This document shows positions 36,456-48,720 of a stretch of 51,037 nt of DNA, piece after piece. Within the stretch, counting starts at the first letter, position 1. Each line of letters opens with the position of its first letter. The notes under the pieces are model-generated. The model was given only the letters and a program-made list of their open reading frames with translations, searched no databases and was not told the DNA's origin. The translations under genes and the position numbers were made by a program. This DNA comes from Girardia tigrina (Eukaryota): contig MQRK01217395.1 in NCBI GenBank assembly GCA_001938485.1, positions 23,223 to 74,259 of the forward strand. The letters are read 5' to 3'.

Positions 36456-39400
36456 GTTCGTCTTCGGTCTTCGCAGCCGACACAGAAGACGATGATAAAA
36501 GCAGCGGAATTTTCGAGTGCGATGCTGCCGTTACCGCTCCGCACACTACCAGATTGACATTTTTAATGGATACGGGCTCCGCCATCTCAGTCCTGCCAAA
36601 AAGCGTGCAACCACAAACTCGACGCACAGTCTCACGTCTTCTGGCCGCCAATGGTTCAATCGTTCATACCTATGGTTCAGTCAGCATGTCATTTAACCTC
36701 ATCCCGCTGGACAAACTTTTCCAATAGACGTTCACGGTTGCCGACGTCACACAGCCGATTCTCGGGGCAGATTTCTTCGCCCACTTCGATTTGCCCGTAG
36801 ACTACAGGAACCGGAGACTTTTTCCACTTCAACAATCACACACCATCCAGAACTCCAGTGTATACGTTGTTGTCTAACCCCAATCAATTCATTGAGCTAA
36901 ACTTTCCCAACATCGTTGGTAACTCCACCGTGAGCTCATTCTCGGGTAGTTGCATATCAAACCACGTGATCATCACCAAGCCATGTGGACCCATACGACA
37001 ACGCTGCCGGGAACTATTTCAAGAACGACGAATTCTTGCCGAGAAAGAATTCTCTGAATTCGAAACTTCTGGCATTGTACGACGCTCCAGTTCACCGTGG
37101 ACAGCACCACTCCAGATCGTTCCCAAGAAGGATGGTTCCATCCAAATATGCGGCGACTACAGAGGGTTGAACCAGGTCACAACGCCTGATTCATACCCGA
37201 TGCCGTTAATCACCGACATTTTGCAACGTTTTGCGGGGTGCAAAATCTTCTCGTCACTCGATTNNNNNNNNNNNNNNNNNNNNNNNNNNNNNNNNNNNNN
37301 NNNNNNNNNNNNNTTGGCCAAGGCTTACCACCAAATACCAGTCGACGAAGCATCCATTCCAAAAACAGCCGTTGTCACACCATTTGGCCTTTTCGAATAT
37401 CTCCGAATGCCATTTGGCCTGCGCAACGCCTCACAGACATTCCAGCGCCACATCGACAGCGTGCTCCACGGTCTGTCAAACACAGTAGCATACGTCGACG
37501 ACATCGTCGTAGCTTCACCCGACGAAGACACACACCAGCAGCACCTGTCTGAAACACTTGCCAGCCTCAACGAGCACTAGCTCAAACTAAAACTTCAGAA
37601 ATGCAAATTCTTCCAGACACAGGTCACATTCCTAGGACACATTTTGTCAGCCGATGGCATCCGTCCTCTACCGGATCGAATCAAAGCCATAGCCGAGTTT
37701 CCCCGACCGGAAACAGTCACATCCATGCGCAGTTTTCTCGGCCTGGTTAATTATTGTCGCAGATTCATCCCACANNNNNNNNNNNNNNNNNNNNNNNNNN
37801 NNNNNNNNNNNNNNNNNNNNNNNNNNNNNNNNNNNNNNNNNNNNNNNNNNNNNNNNNNNNNNNNNNNNNNNNNNNNNNNNNNNNNNNNNNACTCCACAAC
37901 ACTCAGATACCCGGACGGATCACTGCCAATAACCTTGACGACTGATGCATCGAACATCGCGATCGGAGCGGTCTTGACACAGATACGCGGAAACACACCA
38001 GAGCCACTGGAATTCTACTTCAAGAAGCTATCACCAGCTCAAACCAGATATTCCACGTTCAATAGAGAGCTCTTGGGACTATTTCTCTCGGTGAAACACT
38101 TCGAAGATCTCCTTATCGGCAGATCTTCGACAATACTCACCGACCACAAACCGCTTCTGCAGATCTTCCAGATGAAGAATCCTTCACCACGTCAACAGCG
38201 GCAGATCAGTTACCTCTCACAATTCGACACTGACATCAAATTCATCGCCGGNNNNNNNNNNNNNNNNNNNNNNNNNNNNNNNNNNNNNNNNNNNNNNNNN
38301 NNNNNNNNNNNNNNNNNNNNNNNNNAAGAAATACTGGAACAGAACCCTCCTTCGGACAAGGACCTGGCCATCTTCAGGGAACGACCAACTGCACGTGGTC
38401 GCATCTACTTTGACACTTCCATCGCAGGATGTATACGTCCCGTTTTGGGCCCGCCCTCCGTTCTGTTGCATTCAAGGCAGTACACAACATAGCACACCCG
38501 GGTTCCAAGGGGACCTTCGAACTCTTGCGTACTAAGGTCATCTGGCCATATATGCGGCGAGATGTCAAGTTATGGTGCAAAAGCTGCCTATACTGCCAAG
38601 CCAACAATACGGGCAGACACACCAAACCACCAATACTCAACTTCCCAAGCAGCAGTCATTTTGACACCATTTACATGGACATTGTCGGTCCCTTACCATC
38701 GTGCAACGGATACTCCTATCTTCTGAACATCATTGACAAAAACACACGCTGGCCAGAAGCGTTTCCGATGCGAAATATCACCACGGAGTTAGTCGTCAAC
38801 ATTTTCGTTGACAACTGGATAGCATGATTTGGCGTTCCCAAACGACTCATAACTGATCAGGGACGTCAATTCGAATCCAACATATTCAATGACCTCCTCA
38901 ATAGACTAGGTACACAACAAATAAAAACAACAGCGTTCCATCCGCAGTCTAATGGCATCGTTGAAAGGTTTCATCGCACACTCAAGAATTTCTTAAGGAC
39001 TTTGGCCGCCGCTAAGGACTGGGTCAAACAACTTCCTCTCATTCTACTCGGGTGGAGGAACACTCCCAGCAGCCGCCACGGCTCCTCGCCGGCTCAAATG
39101 CTGTTCAATTCAAACACTTCACTTGTGAACGAATTATTCTTCAGTGACAGCCCCAGTAACGATGAACACTTGGAACAGGCACGAAGGTATTTCAAAAATT
39201 TAGATACTTCATCATCATCGCAAGACGCCTACAAGGTTTACGTTCCCAAGGACCTGAAAAACGCGAAATTCGTCTGGTTAATTCGAGAACACCCCAGCTC
39301 TCTACAAACCCGATACACCGGTCCCTACCGCATGCTTCACCTGGACGTGCAGAACAACACTGCGACCATCAACTACAACGGCACACGCCGCGTAGTTGAC

Positions 39401-39550
39401 ATATGCAAACTGAAGTCATGCATTCCCATTGAGGACGACTCAGTCGAGACGCACATAGCCCATGGTCTTACCCAAAAACACAAGACAGTTCGGTTCTCTA
39501 CATGGGTGCAATCATCCAATACCACCCTTCTCAGTCCTACAAAACCATAA
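36452..39550 (+). pseudogene. pol: Gypsy pol (PR-RT-RNaseH-IN), disrupted
   Basis: FLMDTGSAISVLP; SSPWTAPL..CGDYRGLN; YVDD; TTDASN..ELL..TDHKPL; H..AHPG..C..C; DIVGPLP; TDQG; NGIVERFHRTLK; YTGPY. Several stops, frameshifts and N gaps. Confidence 0.93.
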
Positions 39551-39578
39551 GAATCATTTCACCGTCTCCAACTTCTTC

Positions 39579-39590
39579 AGGGGGGGCTTT
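39579..39590 (+). promoter_or_regulatory. Polypurine tract
   Basis: agggggggcttt immediately before the 3' LTR. Confidence 0.8.
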
Positions 39591-40249
39591 TGTGGCGCTT
39601 CGATTTTCCTTGAATAATCAAATGATTTAAATTTTACAAATTTCAATAATGAAAATAACATTCAAATTTTTTACTATTTTACTTAAAAAATTATTAATCA
39701 ACTAATTTATTCGAAGCACATTTTCCTATAAAAAATTATTCAGAAATGCCTAAATTAGTTGGAAAAAAAATTTAAATCAAAAAAATAATTAAATCAACGA
39801 AAATAAAATTCAAATAAAAAAACGTTTTTTTGTTTGAATAAACAGAATTACCGAAAATGTCGAAGTCAAAAACTGTAGAACAACGAGGGATCTCAATCGC
39901 AAACGAATATTTTCATTTTAATAAATTTTGTAGCAGGGTTCTTTACCTTTTTTATTTCCCTCACACGAGAAGGGTGATCGAGCCCACTACAACAAGTATT
40001 AAAAAAACGAAATGACTTTCGGAACAACCCAATATAATGTTTCTTTTGTTAATAATTTCGATTTTAATTGCAGATGTCAAAACGTGATTTTTGCAACATT
40101 TACTTCTACGAGTTAGCTCGATAAAGGGGTACCTCGCGAATTGAACGGAAGTAAAAAAAATCATCGATTTGAGGTGTCTCCCGCACTTCTTCTGTGTTGT
40201 ATTTAAAATAAGCACTAAATATTATGTACTAAATATTATTCTTTTCCTA

Positions 40250-43200
40250 TCACAATCACTACAGGCGTCCCTATACACCGTTTCTCGACGACTCAGGGCA
40301 TCTCTCTGCGGTTGATAGACACCGATTTGACCCTCCAGCACTATAACTATTCACACGGGGGATATCATGACAATAATCTCTATTTAAACCGTCAATGGAC
40401 TCCTGAGGGTCATTACCACACACACAGAGCAACCAATGACATAATACTACGGATTTAAACTGCTCAGGTCCAACGTTACGCCAGAACAATATGGGATGAT
40501 TGCCAATACGATAATTGTTTTTCACATCCTTCTGAGGCGGAGTTACCCCAACCATGTTACCAATATCATTGATGACACATAACCATTACAATCACCTTCC
40601 ACAACTGAGATACATACCTTAACACTGCTGAAAATGCCTTTTTTTCTTGATGAGGACGGCTAATCGCGCACCTGGCTCGGATTGATGAATTTCCGTCTAA
40701 AACCTGCAAAAAGTCAACACTCGCGATTTCAAAATCTCACAGCCACACTACCGGTGGAACAGCTGCGGACCATGAACAGAGAGCTGTCGACAATCATGGC
40801 CCACGATCAGCCGTACGTTCAACTGCGCCAGCAACTGTTGAAGGTGAATTCCTAAACATTCGATTAATTTTTGTGCAGTATTTCATAGTTCAACCGATGG
40901 CAGATTTGAAGCCTACTCAATTTCTGCAAAAGACTATTTTTGAACTTACTACCGGACATTCACAGGATGATACTGCTTGTTTCCAACAACAAAAATAGCG
41001 GACAAGATTTCGAGCACAGTCGGACATTGAGTGGAGTACTGTTATTCGACCACACCGAAGACCACAGATACCCGTCAGACGGCCAGTTCAAGCGCTCAAG
41101 AGGGCTCACGTGAAACTGAACTTGCACTCTCAAAAGAACAGATAGCTGAGCATGACTGCCATCAGCCGAAATCACGAGAACCCTCATGAACACACCCTGG
41201 CACTCAGCAAGACTGTCACACAGGCATCACAGTCTCACTTAGCAATGTCATTTGATATTCGTCAACGTGATACGCTACCGTTACCACCAACGGTTTATTT
41301 AAATAAGGCCACATGACTGTGTTGCTTTCACCGTCGATTTTGCAATGCGATAAGGAAATGTCAACCAGGCTAAACCTTTAGCTGCAATCGCTCACAACTG
41401 TAGATCACGGATGTGTGTGTCTGGCACGCCTTATTCAGTGTCGACACCAGGATTTGCGCACCCGGGTTCGCACACTTTGACCCAAAAAACTAGTACGACC
41501 TCTCGTCCTCACAGCAAATGAGATGGTAGAAAACAACTGCTGCGACATCTTCACATCCGAGGCCCCAGTGAGAGCGCCCATCAATAGCGACCTTTGTTTC
41601 CTTATCGACACCGAATCCACCGTTTCCATTATTCCTGAGACGTTCACGTTAAGCTGGAAGCGACACCCGCAGTACCTTACAGCCTCTAACGGCACCACAG
41701 TCTACGCTAAGTACTGTCCAGCTCACAATTATGTTGCACCAATTGAGAAATCAGTTCACTTGGACATTCACCGTTGCCGGAGTGACACAACCAATCCTTG
41801 GGGTGAAATATCTTGGAACACTTCAGGATCTTGGTCACTTGCAGCACTCAAACTCTCGTGACCAAGGGGCATTGCAGAATTGACGAAAACTACCAACAGG
41901 AACCGGCAGTCACAATAACAATCACCACAGAACATTCAATCAACGCACTGGCTGCCAACACAACAATACAGATTCGCGAGAAACTTCTAGGCCTGCTGGA
42001 TGACGCAAATACTGACAAACCTACGGCTTGTGTGTCAACACACGTAATCACAACCACAAACTATGCTCAAGTTCATCAACCTCCTAGAAAACTGTCACAA
42101 GTAATCCGAACACAGGCCACAGAAGAATTCGGAAGATTGGAGGTAGCTGGAGTCGTCCAAAGCTCATCTCCTTAGGCCGCTAGACTTCAGGTAGTCAAAA
42201 AGAAGGATGGATCGCTAAGGATCTGCGGGGACTACCATGGAGTCAACAAGGCAGTGGCAGATTTAGCTNNNNNNNNNNNNNNNNNNNNNNNNNNCCCTGT
42301 TGGATTCTAAATGGCGCCCCTAGATGACTTTTATAAATGTGTAGTTTTGTGTACAAGAATTAGCTGCATTATGATTAAGTTTCATCCTTTACACTGAGAC
42401 AAGGTCTGTAATGCAGAAGAACTAAATGGATTTGTTTGGTATGTATTATTATCGTGTACACTGCAACATATTGCTGCTGATGCTTTGCTATTTGTAATAT
42501 AACCATGTCGTGTTGTTAGACATAGATGATGCAGTAGGCTAGCAGGCATAATATTTTTGGGCAGTGGAGAATACTACTGAGACTTAAGATTTCACTTTCC
42601 CCTTGCTGCTTGTACAAGTTTTGTCCGTCTATAAAGTCAAACGGGGGATAATACACTCCAGTTACACTCTACACTACAGCCATTTATTAATATTAAATAT
42701 ATCCGGCCGAAGTAAACCCAAATATTATTAAAAGTAGGTAATTATGACGGGTGAACAAAACTTCATTATTTTTAATAGTTATGTATTTTTTGGTGCTTTT
42801 TACCGCTGGAACAAGATAGCGGGGAGCGTAAAAATCGTGTATATTATAGTATTTACTCAATATTGAAATTAGTAGGGCTAGTACTACCTTTATCCTTTTT
42901 GGCGCCCCTGAAAGTTTTCTCGCCACCCACGCACCAAAATCTAAATCCGCTACTGCAACAAGGTCACTGTACCTAACTCATACCTCATGCCGTTGATAAC
43001 TGACACACTCCAGCGTTTTGCAGGGTGTACGGTATTCTCGTCACTTGACCTGAGCAAGGCGTAGAACCAGATCACAATGGACGAGGTACCATTCCCGAAA
43101 ACCGCCGTCACTACGTCATTCGGTCTATACAAGAGCCTGTGTATGCCGTTAGGGCTTCGAAAACATTCCAGAGGCTCATTGAAATAGTAACATTGACACA

Positions 43201-43911
43201 GCAACACTGCCATCACACCACCACAACACAACACATCACACACAAACAGACACACCAACCAAATCGAACATAAACAATACAACACTGCAACACACCGCTT
43301 TTCGAGGAATATTCATACTCGCACCCCTCCGATTTCTAGCAGCTCTCTCCAACGCCACACTCACCGTGCTCTGCAATCTTCGGTAGGGACTCAGGAGGGG
43401 ATTTTGTGAAAGGAAAATTAAAAAAAAACAATTTAAAAAAATTGTAACACTTAAATTAACTATTGTTTTAATAATAATTACGTAAAAGTGTAAAGGTTTA
43501 AATTTTTGAATGAAAAATAAATGTTTTAAATCGGAAATAAATGTCGACTCTCATATTTGTTATTTTTAATAATATAAAATGACAAACCACAACATCATGC
43601 GGGACCCACGAGATTGTACCGCTCAATATTAACTCTAACCGATCGGACTGAACCCGGTACCATCACTCCCTATCCGACGGTGTTCAACAGGTTGACATGA
43701 CCACACCAATCGGACCGACAGAAACTGGATGAACACGACGATCACGCTGCTTACTACCCAGTGACATAACGAACCAGTCAGACAGAACCACCACGAGTTG
43801 GTCGCGTGACCGACATACGATTAGTTTCGACCGGTAGTCACTGGAACCGATTGGTACACAACCACCATTGAACCGACAAGCTGATCTTTTCGGGCACCGA
43901 GTCCCGGCACA
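40250..43911 (+). mobile_element. Second, decayed and internally deleted Gypsy element of a related family, with 3' LTR (~43405-43911)
   Basis: gag remnant PFFLDEDG, protease FLIDTESTVSIIP, RT KKDGSLRICGDY..NKVT..SYLMPLITDTLQRFAGCTVFSSLDLSKA. PPT aggaggggga precedes TGTG at 43405. The LTR end is uncertain (43911 or 43934). Confidence 0.85.
42252..42955. mobile_element. hAT non-autonomous element inserted in the Gypsy RT
   Basis: TIRs cagtggcagatttag / ctaaatccgctactg and perfect 8-bp TSD caacaagg (42244-42251, 42956-42963). Removal restores DYHGVNKVTVPNSY. Confidence 0.9.
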
Positions 43912-44054
43912 TTAAAAAGATGCTTATTACCACAACTCGATCCGGTGGTCAGCATCTCAGATATATTTGTATTAGCATTTAGTATTACATTTTAAAACTT
44001 TCACAAGGATTTGGAAAAATGTCTTTCAGTAAATTTGATTATTGATAAATTTGT

Positions 44055-44125
44055 CATTCGATGAATTTTTTTTCGATGAATGTGTTTTCGATGAAAATGC
44101 TTTTGATGAAAATGTTTTTGATAAA
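44055..44125. repeat. ~15-bp tandem repeat (ttcgatgaa...), typical of DNA-transposon subtermini
   Basis: About 5 units of tt(c/t)gatgaa(a/t)... Confidence 0.6.
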
Positions 44126-44139
44126 CTTTCTTAAACCGG

Positions 44140-44580
44140 ATTGGTCACTGGTGTGTATTGAAGCCTTGTTATGTAAGTAGTACAAATCACTCGCTGCATT
44201 TTCTTCTAGGTTTTTGAATTTGTTGTACAAGATTTGTGTAGTACGCACTGTTTGGACTAACACTAGAGTCCATAAAATCTATGAGAATTACATCACTAGT
44301 ATCCAAAAAATGGAAAACATCAATAGTTTTTTGTGATGTTGATGCTCGCATCTTCCCTGAACTGGTCTCACTTGGCAGTTTCCACTTTTGTAATTCCCTT
44401 TTTGACTCAGGGATGTCTAGAGAGAGTGTTGTCTCAACTATTCTGATGATGTTGTGTAATAATCGGTCTCTAACAGACTGTAAAGTGTTAGAATTCTCTC
44501 TGCAACACTCAAATCGTCGAACTTGCATATCTGCAGTTAGTAGACGACAGCCACTAAAAGTCTTTCTAAAATCTCTATTT
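44140..44580 (-). mobile_element. Degenerate mariner transposase fragment
   Basis: ETTL...PESKRELQKWKLPSE...VILIDFM...NSAYY..L and LHNKASIH (cf. LHDNARPH). Confidence 0.65.
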
Positions 44581-44829
44581 AATTAAAACAACATGTAATT
44601 TTTCCTGTGTAATTATTTCCTGTGTAATTCTTTATTGTGTAACTTTATCCTGACATCTTTAAAAATGTAGGAGCTGGAAAAATTCAAGTCAATATGAATT
44701 ATTGTCTTAAATTGAGGGCAATATAAAATTGCTTTGTAGTCATAAATGATCGTTAGTCAGTTATACTTGGAAGTTATAGAATATAACAAACCTTTGTGTC
44801 AGATAACTGTGTATATGTAGTAAACTACG

Positions 44830-45500
44830 ATACTCAGCCTTGACGCACAGGGTAGTGAATCATGGACAAGGTATCGAAAGGAAATCTAAAAAAAATACCA
44901 GAGCTGATGATCCTCTTGCACGGCTTTGGATGCAGGATTGTGAACCTTTAGTGCATGGACACATTTTAGTTTGCATAAAAACAATGAACAATTATGATCC
45001 CTTGTAACATGGTTTTGAAGGGCGTTTGTTGTATAAGTTCACTTAGTACAACGTAGAAAGGAACATTCAAATATTCCTCTAACCGATATATTATTCAGTC
45101 GCAAAGTCAAAACCATGTTCGGGATCACTCCTTTATAACTATAGACAGCAGTACCAACAGACAATGAAACATCAATATATACGATCGGATTCAAAATACG
45201 TGGTTCATTAGAGAAGTCCTTAGATTCGGGTATAAATAGATTGATGGAAAAATGAAGTTTTTCCTATAAATAGTTGCACTATTTGTGGCTTCATATCTGC
45301 CATTGGCTTGTTTACGCTCTTAAAATTGTGAGGGGGGTAGAGGAAATTTTATTATTTATGCGAATCATGATGTCCAGCGTTGAGTTCAGAAATTTCAAAA
45401 ATTCCTTGAGCTGAAAGGCAAATAGATTATCGACCAGCTGCAGGACGTCTACAACGATGACTATCAATCTCAGAGTCTTTTAAAGAAATTCTCACTGGGG
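44830..45500. repeat. Dispersed repeat related to 6085-6460
   Basis: Shared motifs with the copy in the PTBP intron. No intact ORF. Confidence 0.45.
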
Positions 45501-45737
45501 AGGCACAAGTAATCTGGAATGGTTATGTGCCGAGATACTGAAAATTTTTATCTCTGATGACAAAAGTTATTTTTCCTTGTATTTTTATAATAGCTTTTCC
45601 AAAGTCAAAATATTTTTTATCAAGTGTTTTCAGATTTAAAAGAAGAAAATACACAAGTCACGCGACTCATATCATTTTGTTGGGTATTAAAAATCTTTAA
45701 TTTAAATATTTACGTTTCAAAACACAAATCTTTATTC

Positions 45738-45795
45738 TTTAATCTTTAATTCTTTAATCTTTAATATGTAATCTTTAATCTGTAATCTTTAATCT
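45738..45795. repeat. (TCTTTAA)n-like heptamer tandem repeat
   Basis: Repeated tctttaa/tgtaa units. Confidence 0.7.
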
Positions 45796-46599
45796 AACTC
45801 CAATTAATCAGAAAGGACTTCCAACATAAATATATAGACAATGAACACAAATTCTTTTATGAAACTTTATTTCAAATAACAAAAATTAACAAGTCAAAAA
45901 TAATAATAATAATTCAATTCTTGATGACAGAACACAAACACAAAACAATATTTCGTACGAGTTAACAGATTACAGCAAAAACTGTAAATCTCCAAAACGA
46001 ACAAATGTTTAGATTTAAATTAAACCTTTTTCTCCCATACGGGATACTTATGGTTTAAAAGAATAATATTTTAAAAGAATAAAATAAAAATAAAATGAAC
46101 TTTATATTTACGTTACTTGTTATATGAATTCTTGTAAGGCAAATTTTCAGCAAATATTTTTGGGCAAAAAAACTAACTTTGCTGCTGTTTATATAGTAGT
46201 TTTCATCAGCCTTGAAAATTGATAAAGTAAAACAAAGACCAAAATATTTATAATTTTTAATTTCAAGTTTTGTTAAGCTAAATATTATTTTATTTGAAAT
46301 TAATAATTTTACCAAAAGAATTATTTTACATTTTTTCTACATAAAATTTTGTCAAAAATGTTCATATATATTTTTGAAACCCTAACTATTTTATGAATAG
46401 TCCAACACGAGTTATATTACACAACACTTCAACACATGTTAATTTATAAAAAAATGGCAAAAGGTCCCTTTCTGAATAAATATTTGAGGTCGACTTTCTT
46501 TCTCGTTTTTCTTTCACTGACAAGAATTCTGTCACAGCAATGCGACGATCAAACTAGTAGGTCCCCTTTCAATTCATTGAGATTATCGTGCCAGAGTTC

Positions 46600-48720
46600 G
46601 CTGCCTCAGCTGAGGTGCTCATGCGATGGTTGAAACTTTCAAGTTGTATAAAGAAACAAGCCTCTCTAGAGGCACGCTGTAAGGAGTGAGTGCTATCGAA
46701 GACAATATTACTTTCAAAAGTACGCCGCTGCAGCGCTATAGAAAGGTTTTAAACTTAGTTAAGGTAAAGCGTTTATTGGTCATTACTCAGCAAAGTCATC
46801 AGTAAAGTACTGGATTTCTCCTGAAAACAAAAGTCGTGTTATTTTCACTCCTGCCATAATAATATTAGAGTTCTGCTGTTTGCAAGAGTTAATATGTCTT
46901 GGATTACTTCTTCCTGTTCCACATCAAAGCGCTCTCTAAGATAATTCTGTGTTGATTATACAACTTATTGTAGTTAACCTGTTAGTGTTAACAACTCTTA
47001 AAAAGAGTCTCTGTTTCCCGGGGCTGTAGTTTCTCTTCATCTCCACCAGGATAAAGGGCCTTGGATAAAAGGCCTAATTTACGATGTGCAAAGTCTCTAT
47101 TGCTTATTATCTCTGGTAGAATTAGGTTTCCACACTGTAACTGCTTTTGCAAATCACGAAATATTTCCAAAACATCAACTAAGAGACCGTTAAGCCAAAC
47201 TTGATGCGATTCATATGTCCATGTCTTCAAGTATCCCTATTCTGTTGCTCTCTCTGTTTTCGATTTGCCTTTCACTTCTAAAAACTTAGAAACTTCCTTG
47301 CAACCGTAAAAATTATGAAAATGGCTGTTTATAGGTTGATTATGTACTCCGAAAATTGAACTTCGTAATGATCAGGAAAATGTTTCGCCGTTGGTTGAAA
47401 TTGATGCAGGAGTTTCGTTGTCTTTTTAGACGTCCTGAAGAAGGTAGCTATAAACTTGGCATTTTAATCCAAATACACAGCTCCGATACACCTCCTTCAA
47501 TGCTTTTAAAGCTAGGTCTGCTCTGTTAACAGCGCACTAGTCAATAGATCAGGATGCAACCCGTTCTTCATAAGCTTCCAGAGCACCCTTCTTGATCCTG
47601 TATTAGCGCTTTCGCCATTTGTTGTAACACCAATCAGATTGAAATTTGGTATGACCATGGTCTTAAGGGAATGCTGAGAGGCTTCCAGCAGTCTAGGGGC
47701 TCCAATCTGTTGAGGTTGGTAAAGGCTATGAAAACGTTTTTTACTTCTCGCTCTTTTATTACTATTCTGCCAGACACGCACTTATTATCCATCATTTGCT
47801 GATTGATGATGCTATCAACTTGGACTGCATAAGCAACACAATCATGTAGCTCACGAGCAAGTTCCTTCTGAACTTCTCCAGCAACGATGAGTAGCATTTA
47901 TTGATAGCGGTTTGGTTCTCTCTAATGTCGTGTTGATGAGGAAGGTTGAAATTCCTAACCAATGGAGAAGTCATTTCATTCTCGTGAAGGCTGTTAATAA
48001 TTTTGGACCTTTTTACTTGAGCTAGATATCATAAGGGCCAGTTGTTGGCAGAAAGAGTAATTATCAGACTGTCACTGTAAACGTCCACGGTGAAGGAGAT
48101 AAGAAACTCCATAACTTCCGCAAGGTACCTTAACTAACACTTCAGTCAAGGGTGATGAAAGTTCTAAATTTTTCAGTGCAATTCTAAATCTACATGCTAC
48201 AGTGCTGCCTTATGGGAAATTGAATCAAGGTGATTTATGACAACATTTACTTTTACAGTTGTATCTGCAGGACAGCCATGAGCAAAGTAAACAGTGCAAT
48301 TGGGGGTAAATTTGCAAGCTACATTTACAAAGTTTTCACACGTTCTACATTTCCAATTTTGTGTTTTACGCTCTCTTCAGCAGGTGCAAACATATATGCT
48401 TCCAAACAGTCACTACTATATTCTACTTACCATTTTACACTCACTTTTCTGTGCTTGTTCCATTCTACAGTATTGTGAGAAGTGCGGATAATGGATTCTT
48501 CTGTTGTGAAGGAGCCAAGATGTGTATTTGTGGTTGAGTCTTCTGCTAGAATAGCGAAGGTTAAATCTTCTGTTGTGGTAAAAGCATCAGCTTATGATCA
48601 CAAAAAAGAAAGGTAATTTTAAAAATCAGTTTTCAAAAATTGCCCCCTGCCAGTCTATCACTTTTGCCTTGAACTAGAGCGGCATTTTTGGTCACGGGGG
48701 ACGGGGCAATTGCCCCAATC
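46600..48720 (-). mobile_element. Degenerate hAT transposase element (ZNF862/Tip100-like)
   Basis: AYAVQVDS..., LIGVTTNGESANTG (cf. TTDGxSANTG), LVDVLEIFRDLQKQLQ. Subterminal palindrome ggggcaattgcccc at ~48703-48716. Confidence 0.7.

Larger units (their letters stand above)
34329..39991 (+). mobile_element. Full-length Ty3/Gypsy LTR retrotransposon (CsRn1/Kabuki-like gag)
   Basis: LTRs 34329-34730 and 39591-39991 (TG...CA, near identical), TSD acaag (34324-34328, 39992-39996), PBS, PPT, and gag-PR-RT-RH-IN order. Confidence 0.97.
33096..40032 (-). mobile_element. Mariner element (~1.27 kb, mellifera-like) interrupted by a Gypsy insertion
   Basis: TIRs ttgggttgttcggaaagtcatttcgtttttt (33096) and aaaaaacgaaatgactttcggaacaacccaa (to 40032). 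Parts are 33096-34328 and 39997-40032. Confidence 0.92.

Noticed and set aside
37264-37313. Apparent 50-nt insertion in RT
   Set aside because: Placeholder N gap: SSLD|LAKAYHQ is a contiguous motif, so no sequence is missing.
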